DNA of 53,571 nt, filler included, from Catajapyx aquilonaris (Eukaryota): NCBI GenBank assembly GCA_000934665.2. It is 2 parts of 2 records of this genome, joined end to end, with 100 filler letters (N's around TTAATTAATTAA, not from the genome) between each part and the next. Parts side by side here need not be neighbours in the genome. Positions count along the whole stretch, not along the records: positions 27,450 to 53,571 come from KZ539314.1; 1 more part is not named here. One strand, 5' to 3'. The notes beneath the pieces are model-generated. The model saw only the letters and a list, made by a program, of their open reading frames with translations. It was not told where the DNA came from and searched no databases. The position numbers were made by a program, and so were the translations under genes. Every line of letters begins with the position of its first letter. The stretch's first letter is position 1. Positions 37,378 through 48,400 of this stretch are shown piece by piece.

Positions 37378-38049
37378 TCATACCCAGTTATCAGCCATCA
37401 GCTCTTTAGGGGGGAAGTTTGTTTCGCCTGGAACTCTTTACTTTCATTTTACTGTGCTCTTTGGAATAGGATAGGGACGGACGGAAGCGGCTGTGGCCTA
37501 TTAATTACGAAAGCAACTCCGGAATTTTCCTGGAAGGACCGTGGGAGACCACAGAAAACCACGGTCAGAGTTGCCGGCCCTGGAATTTGATCCCAGGACC
37601 TCCCGATTAGCAGTCAGACACCATATCCACTCCTCCAAACTGCTTCGGTGTTGTCGTATAATACACAGGATGCACACAACATATTTATTTGACCTAGCCT
37701 CACTTAAGACTGCCTTACGACTGATTACAAACCTGCACTCCTCTCTCTGCTAAATTGCGGGACTCACCGAGAAGTAAGTGGATCCGTCCGGATAGACCCC
37801 TCCGATGACGATGTCCGCCTGGGACATGCTTCCGTGGTGGGACAGTCCGAACCCGACGTAGCCCCGGGTGGACACTTCCACTCGAAAGTAGACCTCTTGG
37901 TCATCGGGTGAGACTGACCACCGGAGGAGGTAAGACTCTTTCAGGGTGTCCAGCCATTTCGACCTCTCGAAAGAATCGGGGAATGTCTGGCCTTGTCCAA
38001 ACACAATGGAAAGGAGGAGGAGAGACACGATGGCTGCAGGTGGATCCAT
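31956..38049 (-). CDS. MOXD1: DBH-like monooxygenase protein 1 homolog (DOMON plus copper type II monooxygenase N and C domains), 615 aa
   Basis: Ten in-frame GT-AG exons: 38049-37768, 37246-37094, 37016-36762, 34169-33993, 33588-33443, 33175-32994, 32925-32782, 32695-32521, 32349-32187, 32126-31956. Signal peptide; DOMON motifs (YLLRW, GYVGFGLS, GSMSQADIVIGGV, RKMKTCD, VIYAW); Cu ligands VHH, QLH, LHTH, VMC; hydrophobic C-terminal tail; AATAAA just after the stop. Confidence 0.93.
34817..35257. mobile_element. pogo/Tigger-type MITE in monooxygenase intron 3
   Basis: TA-CAGTTGAATCC...GGATTCAACTG-TA; related right end at ~45295-45378. Confidence 0.8.
35781..36376. mobile_element. piggyBac-type MITE
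   Basis: CCCTTAA...TTAAGGG ends, TTAA on the right; GGGGTCCAAAAAGGACCCC subterminal repeats in inverted orientation. Confidence 0.7.
37304..37648 (-). mobile_element. SINE with (ATT)n tail in monooxygenase intron 1
   Basis: 15-bp TSD TGTTGTCGTATAATA (37289-37303, 37649-37663); degenerate tRNA-like head. Confidence 0.8.
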
Positions 38050-38713
38050 GGTTGGATAACAAGTGTTGCTGCCTGAACAGGGTGTTGGTTACATTTCTAT
38101 ACCTTTCGTGAGTACACCAGAGTCGAGCTCTCTTATAGCTATTGTTTAGTGACTCTTTTATACTCGATGGTTTACCATATGCTTCATGTCTGGCGTCATC
38201 GTCATAGCAGTAAGCTATACATGTGTATGCCTGCATGATCAGGTCTTACCAACGTAGTACATTAAGGTCAAGCCAAAAAATACAAAGGTGAAAACAAAAT
38301 GATCATGTGATTCTATTTACTGCCAACTGCCATCCTAGAAAAGGAATGAATCATTCTGTACGCTGTGATCGCAATTTTAACAGGATCTCTTTATACCTTG
38401 CAATATAACACACATGAACTGTAATTGACACGTGAATAATTTATTATCCTATTACAATTCATTATGTCTGTGTCTCTGATATAATACTGTATCGGCCTAC
38501 TCCAAATAAACAGGAACATTACCATTAACAATTAGAGTGATTATAATATGAGTGTTACTATCAAAAATATGATTACTGATATTAAGAAGATATTAATGAG
38601 TATGAAAATAGTCTTTATTGAAAGGCCTAACATTTAAACATGTGCAATTTTATGTAATGATGCAGTATTATCAACGCTCGGTCACTGTCCCGTATAGTAT
38701 AATTATCTCAGCC

Positions 38714-39058
38714 GGGAAGGGGAGGCGGAGTGGCGCAACGGTAACGTTCGCGCCCACGGATGTTAAGGTCCCGGGTTCGATCCCAACCCGGGGACACCCC
38801 CTTCATCTCGTGCAGAGTTCAGGGTCACCTCTGGCTTCGTCTCGGGTGGTATTTCCACAGACTAAACCACCCGGGGGAGTTCACTAAAAATGGCCACCAC
38901 GTCAGATGCACTGCACTTGCACATCCCCTCCTGTCATCCTGCCCGTGGGCCCGGGCCCTTCTCAATGGCTCCAACTTGTATACTGTGTACGATCAAATAA
39001 TAAAGGTCCGTGCCGAACGCCTAAAGGTGAAGCACTACCCCCACAATTATTATTATTA
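38714..39058 (+). mobile_element. tRNA-derived SINE
   Basis: A box TGGCGCAACGG, B box GGTTCGATCCC, (ATT)n tail; homologous to 4109-4456. Confidence 0.85.
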
Positions 39059-41113
39059 AGCCGGGGACCTCATATGCGGAAAAAACCGACTCGTTTTCCT
39101 GTGTCCAAATTTAGATCATAAATTTCAACTTATTTTTTTAAAAGAAATACTGTAAGTAGGTCCATGTAGACTTTGTGGTAGACAACTCGTTGGGAGGTTA
39201 TTTTGCATATTTTTGTGGGCCTATCTGGTCTATCTGATGGATCATTAATAATCCCAATGCTCACTCTCCAGATTTACTTTTATTGTATGCAAGCCATGGC
39301 ATTGTTTCAAGCCTCGAAGCCTGTGCCAGATGGCTGCCTCCAGTATTTGCGTCATAGACACTGACACAGAGCATGACATGCAAGCTTGTGAGTTTCTGGG
39401 TCCCCCAAGTAGATAAAGTGTGCCGACACTCCTGGTAGGTACCGATATGACGTCGTAAAGTGCTCCACTGGAATCATGGGATTTATTAAAAACCGCATTT
39501 GAATAATTGCACAATCGCAAGTGAAATTATTGACTCGCAAATTTGAAATAAGGTGTTTCAGTGCTACTGAAAGTCAAAGTGCCCACATTTCAGATAACTA
39601 ACTGGATCATTCCATGCCAAGACAGACAGGTTGGTGGCTCGACCATCTCAGAATTTGATGTTTCACCTTACAAGGAATTTTTACTTAAATTATGTCTTTA
39701 AAATTCGGCCAGAAAGTAAATCATCAGAGAGATTTCTTTTACAAAGTATTAGCTAATCCACATGAAGTTACATTAGGATGAAAGAAGTATTTTCTGTGCA
39801 AAAAAATGTAAAAGAGGCAATAAAATTTTCCCTGCGAAGGTCCCAGAAATGCCTGCATCTTCACCTACACAGAGAAACAAGAAGACACTCGAAGACGATG
39901 ATCAGTATTTTGATGAGGATTGGCAGCACTATTCTCATCAAAGAAATACTGAACCGGGTATGAACCTGCTCAGGTTTCCTTGCTTGTGAAAATGATGCCG
40001 AATACAAGTCGAGTTATTGCATCGTTATTGTTCGTTATGGCGATTCTTATCAGTTATCACTCTAAGATATATACTTGTGCAAAATATGCGCATTTTCTCT
40101 CATAAATTTGATGCACCTACCGTTTTTAGTGTAAAATATTTGGATCAATCCGATCCCCATGTCGCTTCTGGCTCTGCCCAAAAAGTAGAATGGAAACTAT
40201 ACTTGTAGTAACAGAGGAATAATTGCTGCTCTAGCGAGTACAGTACTCACTTCTGGAAATCGACAGCAAGCATAAAAATTGCAACATCGCCATTTCTACA
40301 GGGTGATTCTTCCGAATGGTAACTCAAACATTCCTCAATAACCTTTTAACTATGGTATGGTTCCCGATGAAAATTGACATGTACTTACCTTGTATCATGC
40401 CAAACAAGATCTGACTAAAGAATATACCAAAAGTGGTCCCCTCCAGCATCCAAGAATTTTTAAATGCGAGTCTGCATATTGCCGAAGACTATACTGCGGA
40501 TTGTGCGGCGGGGATTGCATCAATCTCCCGCCCGGCTCGAGCCGCCGTAAGGCCGATCATACCCCAAAAGGAATTGGACTGTTCCCGTTGCCTTGAGATG
40601 CCCTCTCGCCAAGCAGGCGGTGTTCCTATTTGTTACTGCTTCCAACTTAACATGTGCGTTACCTCAGGGATTCTATAACAGGATTTTTTAAAATAGCTAG
40701 CAGGGTGAGTCGTGTGTCCGTCCAATGCGCGATCAGGCATCCACCAGGTCCCTGGAATTGTAATTAATAAGTGACCAGTTGGGAAAAACTAGTAGGGATG
40801 ACAGGACACGACCTTTAGGGCTACCTCCAACATAGCTCTGGATTTATCCAAGTCCAAGATCATGACCTCCTGAGTGAAGTTGACTTCAGAGAGACTTTGT
40901 CTGGACTTCCAAGGACTTCATGGACTTTGTCCAGATGTTAAGGACGTCAGTAAGACTTCCAGTCTGACTTCACAAACTTTGTCTGGACTTACAGGACTAA
41001 ATGGACTGTCTGGACTTTATAGGACTTCAGTCGGACTTGAACCAGATTTCAGTGTCTGTGTGAAGGACTTCATAAGTGACTAACCCCTTTAATTTTAATT
41101 CCAGCCACATTAA

Positions 41114-41459
41114 CCTGTTGACAGCTGAGTTTTTTTCTATTTTGTCCAAAATTTGATGTGGGAGTGATATTAATTAATAACAATTTCCCGCCAAATTGAA
41201 TCATTTTAATTCGTGATAGTCCTTTTTAATGTAAAATGCCGGAAATAATTCAGGATGTTCCAGAAATAATTTTTTAAGAATGGTTTGGCTCGCGTAACAT
41301 CGATAGGCCTAACAAGCTTACATGATTGCTACCCAAGAGATGGCAGGTGTGTGTTGAACTGAATTTGGAACCGCAAAGTTCAAATTCTCTGTGTACATTT
41401 TAGCGTGCCAAATTCAAACATCCGCAGAGCATCATATGATAGATGTTGCCCTCAACAGG
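41114..41459. mobile_element. piggyBac-type MITE
   Basis: TTAA-CCTGTTGA...TCAACAGG-TTAA. Confidence 0.7.
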
Positions 41460-41558
41460 TTAATTATTGTGAACATGAACAAAACAATGTACTGAACATG
41501 ATTTTATTGCCACGAGCATTATGATACACACATTCATACCAGTCATGCTTCCACAGGC

Positions 41559-42128
41559 TCAGTATCTGTACTTTGTGGAGTAGTCTTTTGGGGACACGAC
41601 CAGACCTCGACCTTTTCTCGCTCCACGATAGACAGTCTCGACAATGTCGATCATTTCCTGCTTGTCCTCCAAGGGCCAGTTGATCTTATTGTTGTTTCCA
41701 GTGCCAAGATCGATCATGATGTGCTTGTTCCGGAAGAAGAACATGACCGTGCATGGGTCGTACAGCTCGTACCTGCGGACATGTGTGGGTATTAGTATCC
41801 TTGAAGCTACGTGCAATCAAGAGTGTGGCGTACATTTTGTTGAAGTCCGGCACTTCCGTGATGTCCACCAGGTAGATGACGGCAAACTCTTTCACCTTCT
41901 CAGCGATGGAGTACAGCACCTCGTCCATCTTCATGCAGGTTGGATCCCAGTCGTGTCCATACCGTATCACCTGAAGCGTACAATTTGCACAGTACATACT
42001 CGGCCTCTCATTACAGCAATAAAATAATTAATGAAACGGGTCATACTCACCACGACCCTGTCCTCCTCAGACAGGATGGCCTGGTCGACCTGCCATCCGT
42101 TGTGGAGGTGGGGGAGCATGTACGACAT
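41559..42128 (-). CDS. TXNL4A: Thioredoxin-like protein 4A / Dim1 (U5 snRNP 15-kDa protein), 142 aa
   Basis: Exons 42128-42051, 41970-41834 and 41772-41559 give MSYMLPHLHNGWQVDQAILSEEDRVVVIRYGHDWDPTCMKMDE...VSPKDYSTKYRY, the canonical Dim1 sequence and length. Confidence 0.98.
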
Positions 42129-42433
42129 CTTGAGCCTCTTCTTATTGCAAAAACCACAGGGGAGGGAAGGGACGAGAAACGTGCAAAAAACGATGCAAAA
42201 TCGAACCCGATCGAACAGCAGATTCTGTGCCTGTGGAACAGGAATCGTGGCCTACTCCCTGCGCTCCAGTGTTGCCAACTGCCACTTGGAAGTGTCGGTA
42301 GCGGACTACTACCTGTGTTGGGCTCGTGGCATTTGTAAATTCCGGAGGCAAGAGCTGCCGGAGGTTATTTCTTTGTCTCTCTTTTCTTCGCTGCTTTTGT
42401 GTGGAACGTTTGGAACACGCGGACCACGGAGCC
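42129..42433. promoter_or_regulatory. Probable bidirectional promoter and 5' UTRs
   Basis: Only 305 bp separates the divergent ATGs of Dim1 and the zinc-finger gene. Confidence 0.6.
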
Positions 42434-45400
42434 ATGGATATGCTGAGATTGGGGAGATTTCCCTGCCCGTGCTGCCCGGACAAGGTCTTCAAGAGGAGGA
42501 TTGATCTGCTTGCACACAGCACCACTCACTCCAGGTGGGACAGGGTCAAGGTGGTGGAGCCAGCAGAGGAGGTCACAGTGAGAGGAAGGCAAAACCAGGT
42601 AAGAAAGAAGATTACTGGACATGTGCCCATGTACAGTATCAACCACGACCTGACTCTCATTGAGCTGCATTAAAATGTTCGATAGAAGTGGTTTGTAATG
42701 GAGGAAGTCCCCGGTCTGCCTGAGAATAGCTCAAATGTCACGCTTGTATGTCCCTGATAAACGGTACATAATTATATGGTGATAGTACAATATTGAGGTG
42801 CTCAGAGGAAGAACGGCATGTCCCAACCAACCTCCAATTTTGAGTTTGTAGTGCTGTTGTACTCTCCTGCCATCTACCTGCTTTCATGTGCTGAAGTACC
42901 AAATGAATATTGGGACATGTCAAAGCTCACATATTCCACTTGTAAAATTTGTCCGTAGCTTTAGCTGCATGATCAAGCGAAACCAAGAGCTGGCGAAACA
43001 CAAAGTCACTTTTCACGAAATGAACTCCAGTTGGGATATGCTGTTCTGAGCGCCTCAATTGAATCCAGTTGTAACAGCCTGGGCTATAACGGACGTTTGA
43101 TCGCAAAACTAAAGCCTGGATTTTTAGGCGAATGCCCATTTAGGGCCGGTGTCACCATGCTCAGTTTATATGAATCCGAGTTTCTTTTCGAAAAATCCTC
43201 AGTTGTCATTGTTGACAATAAACAATGGTTGTTATGGCAATTCTTGTTATAACCGAGGTTCTAAGCTATGCTGAGCTCGGTGAAACTGGCCCTAAAATGA
43301 ACTGTATTTCGTGGTTTTGGGAACTATTTTGTCTATTCTGGTTTTTTGCACCTAGTCATGCCCATCTTGCCTTTTTGTGGGGATAGCTTTTGAACTTTTT
43401 GAAGCAATTTCGTGACTTTTTGGACCTATACCAAACCCAAAGCTCTTTGACCAAACCTATTCTTTCAGAGGCTTGTTTTTTTTTTTTTTTCTCCTGAAAG
43501 AAACAAAATCGTTCAGAAGTAATTAGTTTCACTAATTAAATTTTAGAAAAATATTTCGTAGCACTGTGCAAGTGGAAACGGGCTCTAAAGGCCACTTCAC
43601 AAACTCAGCTTTGCAAAACCGGGGCGTGTGGGCCTTCCACTCATCGCATGCAGAAAGTCCACCCGGTTGGACGCTAGCGCAACGCCTGCGCTCGGTCATT
43701 GCATGCAGCATTTGTGAATAGCCCTTCGCACATTTTCCGCGTTCTTCTCGCGCAAATCTGAGTTTGTAAAATGGGCATTTCGCCCCGCTTTCGCAACGCT
43801 GAGTTTGTGAAGCGGCCTTAAACGGCAAGAGTCCAGACCAAGTCTTTTGCCCAAGTTTTGTAATTTTATGTTACTTTATCATTGTTATTTGGTTTTTGCT
43901 GATTTGTGAGCCTTATATTTGCACTTTAGGTTTAGGCCTATAAAATTAGTCTCTCGTTTGATTTTCTGTAACATTATCATCCATAAGCCCACAAAAGTAA
44001 AATTTTTGGGCCTATTTGAGGTTTTTTTCATGCCTATTTTTAAAAGTGCCTACTTCAAGGTTTTTTCGTGCCTATTTCATGGGTTTTTCGTGCCTAAAAA
44101 TCCAGACTCTAATCATAACAGACTAGAAAGGCCAGTCCCAGCAAACTTCCGTAAGGCCATGTGCATTTTCACTCCTGCATATTAGCATATCTGGAACATT
44201 AGATCTGTTTATTTATTAGAAAAACTACAATTCACCCCCAAAATTTTTATTAATTATTATACATCCAAAATCGACAACTGTCTACTTTTTTTTCCCAAAT
44301 AGTTTCCAAACAAATCGAGGCATTTTTCATCGAGTTACACAAGATTTTGTATCCCTATGTCATAGAAGTCTGCCGCCAGCCACTTCCACGATCCCTGAAC
44401 GCTGGATTGCAACTCTTCATCATCTGCTTTGCAAGCCATTTCTTCCTGTCCATGGTAAGCTCTAAATCCCGGGTGATCGAACAATTCACATGTGAATTAT
44501 TGCGTAGCGGCATGTTGAGTTCCTGGTGTTTTCCTTGTGCGACAATGCCTGCTTGCCTACTGCCTTCCATACTGGAACCCAGCCGCAACAATTCAAGTGG
44601 GAATTGTTCGATCACCTGGGATTTAGAGCCTATACCGATTACCACCAGTCCATGGACAGGAAGAAATGGCTTGCAAAGCTGAAGGATGACCTTGCCAAGG
44701 AGTTGCAATCCAGCATTCATGGATCAAGCAAATTTAATGGCTGGCAGTAGACCTCTATGACATAGGCATACAAAATATTGTGTAACTCAATGAAAAATGC
44801 CTCAATTTATTTGGAAACTGTTTTGAAAAAAAAACTAGACAGTTGTCTATTTAAGATGTGTAAATAAAAATTTGGGGGCGCATTGTGGTTTTTCTAATAA
44901 ATAATGGACCCTTACTTTCTGGATATGCTAATAACAAGCTCATTTTCACCTCATCCTGACTACAACAATCCATTTCTTGACCCGGCGGTGGGAAAATATG
45001 CTGCTTTTTGATTACTCAGCTTCCTTTCCCACGCAAAGAAAGCTCTGAATACTGGAGCAGGGATGATTTTCCCACCTGTCACTGATCGAACTGAAAAGGT
45101 CAAAATCATTATTTTTCCAGTATTTGGCAAGAATGAGGTGGCAAAGAAATTGACAGATTTATTTTGGTCCTGCCTAAGTTACGGGTGAGCTAATTTTGTA
45201 TCGTTGTGCGTAGTTTCATTAATCAGTATGCAGTAATGAGCATTTTAAGCATGTGGAAAGCAGAAAACTTTGCACAATCGTTGAAGAAGTGGCGATTTGG
45301 TTATAACAGACCTCAGTTGTAACATACTTTTTTTCCTGTGGTCCCTTGAAGTCTGTTACATCTGGATTCAACTGTAATAACCTCTAGCGTAGAGATGCTC

Positions 45401-48400
45401 TGCCAACAAACAGCTGATGTCATGCTGGTTTGTGTGGAAGAAAGTGCAGGCTGAGAGTCCTTTATATTATCCGAAATTCCAACATCTCCGAAAACCTCCA
45501 AAATGCAACAGTTTTTTAAATGCTCACATAACTTAGTCATAACATGACTAGCATCATTACATGTGTCTGTATTTATACAAAATTATGACAGATTTATAAG
45601 AAACTGCATTTTTGCCATAGAGCTGACACAAAGCGATGATGATTTTTTTCATTGAATCCCACATTTCATCACGCATCGGATGCTCAATATCTTTACTAAA
45701 CAATGCCAACCTTAAAATTGCCCAGTGTTTGCTGTTCTTTGGCACCAGCTGCTCAGACTTTCAACTGTCCAGTCCGACGGTCTTTGGTATCTGGGGACAT
45801 GTGTGGCTTTTGGTGCTCTCTATGAGCATTGCCATTTATGATTCAAAGAGTTACGATGCAATGTAACCCAGTGCAGAATTGCCGGGGAAACGGGTTGAAG
45901 TTGACCGCCCGGATGATCTTGGACACCATTCTAAAAATGTCATGAATCTTTTTCATGAATATTTAAAGTCAAGCTAAGGTAACACTTGTCATACAAATGA
46001 GACTTTCAATCACATCATGCCATTGTGGCAGCGTTTAGCATGTTGTACTATCAGTCCACCAAGAATTGTCGTAGCAGCAGAGCACGAACTACAGTCTATG
46101 AGCACTTCTCCATTGACTTCTCTCCCCCGGAAGTGCTCATAACTGTAGTTCGTGCGCTGCCGCTACGACAATTCTTGGTGGACTGATAATACACACACTA
46201 AAAATCTCTGCTGACGTAGGTGAGCATGGAAATAAATGTTAAAGGCCACCCCATGGAAGCAACTAATTTTAATTGTGTGCGAACTTGACTTTACAAATTT
46301 TCAAGAATTTGCAAAGCAAGTGACTTGTCCATTTTTAGGAGATAAAGATGAACCTTTCCAGTGATGGTAATATTTATATATCATTCCGAAAGACACATTT
46401 TAAAATTTCTAGCAGAACTCGTCTCCTGCATGTCAGAGGGGGTGAACTTGGCCGCGCATGCTCATACTATTGAAGTTCTGGTATATGTAGACATTGTAGA
46501 GGATGTGTCTTGGACATGAGATGATGTGGTGCATGTCCTATCTACCCCCTGTTTTGATTTAAGACAATAACACAGATTACAGCATTACACTGTGCAGCAA
46601 AATGTCACTTTTTTTTGTCCATGGAAATTCATCGCTATTTCCATGTTCTTTGGTAACTAGCTACTCATAATGACTATTCATTTTGCCTTTGATTTGTTTT
46701 TGACCTCGGGGCAGTCAAAAAAAAACCAAAATCCTCAAATATATGGGGGGTTTTTCCCAATCAAGTGGGCTGAAATGTTTCTAGACCATCTCGGATTTTA
46801 CTTAGAATAATCACAGATGTACACACACACAAACCCAAATGCCAATCAAAGATTTTATGCTTTTGGTAAGGTTTGGTCAGTTTGGTCCCTCCGCTATTGG
46901 AAGCACAGTGTATGTATTTCTCAATTTCTCATTGCAGGTATTGGAACCCTTCATCCTGATGTACCAGCTTCTCTACTGTGCCCATTGCGACGGTGCATTT
47001 GCCACGAAGAGGGACCTGGAGAGACACATGGTGAAGGAGCACATCAATCCCGAGCTTCAGGTAATGCAATATCCTCCAGAGGCCCAAGAAAATTTTTGTA
47101 ACACAATGTCAGTTCCTGTTGCATTTTCTGAACATTTGTCAATTTGTTAATGGGCAGGAAAAAAAATTTACAGTTCTAAAATATTGACCAAAACTATGAC
47201 AAAATGACAATGACCACATATGAGGACATTAGGTCTCTAGAGTCTAGACTGGAGGATTTATCTCTGTTACTTTTAGTTAGGTAGTAGTTCAGGTTATATA
47301 TATATATATATATATATATATTTTTGCAAGAAATTACTGTTACATGTGCCATATTCTGATATTCTACGAGCCTATATACCTGATTAGTCAGAAACCCATC
47401 AAGACTGGCACCAAGATCTATTGTGCTGGTCATTTCGGGTCATTTGTACGGTTTGACAGAGAATTTACATTCTGAACCATTCGAAATAGGCCTGCTTAGC
47501 TACACAGTAAGCCAAGGGACAATTTTATTGGCATTCCGTACATGACACAGAAAATTCTAAAACTTGCTCCTTACTCAGAAGGGTCTGAAAATGTAATTTT
47601 TCCAACATAATGCAGTTTATCTCTTTAATCGGTCATTGACATAGGCTTAGGGGTTTGTTACTACCCAGTTTGAATTCAAGAATCGGGCTGTCTTGTCATA
47701 TGCGAGATGAAAATTTCAAAGCAGGGTGAAGTGACTACATTTACGCGACGTATCTGGCACTTAAAATGTTTTCATATTTGACAAATAATAAAAAAAGTTC
47801 TCCGGATTTTGCAGAAATCTCACGTAAATTTGCTCATTCTTGTCATTTTAAGTGCCATTCAAATGAAATCGTAGGCAGGTCGTAGGTGTCAATTATTGAT
47901 CAATTGGCGGCTAGGTGTCACACTAGTCGTCACTGGCTGCCCCATTTATGGGATTATGCCGTGATGTAGTGAATGAATAAATATGAACATTTTGTCGTCA
48001 TCTTTGATTTGAAAATTTTGGATTTCTTACAAATGAGGATGAACATCTCGTAGACTTGGTAGAGCATAAAAATACCTTTCAATGCACATTTTTATCAAAT
48101 GTAAGATTTGACAGTCTGATATGAGCGGCACAGTGGCGGAGTGGTTAGCGCCACAGCCTTCCACCTCGAGTTCGATCCCCGGATCGCGCAGAGGATACTT
48201 ATGTGGGCAGAGTTTCGATGGGTTCTCTCCGTGTTCGCGTGGGTTTTCTCGGGGTTCTCCTCTTTCCTCCCGTTTCCTCCCGCAATCAAAAACCATCACA
48301 GCACAGGCAATGATTAAAGACGGTCAATTAGAAGATGATCCCCTAAAAACCCAAAGGAGGCTTATCACGGGGTATCCATTAAATTATTAAAGATTTGACA

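Noticed and set aside
41644..42525. Overlapping ORFs around Dim1
   Set aside because: Antisense or shadow frames of the Dim1 and ZNF exons.
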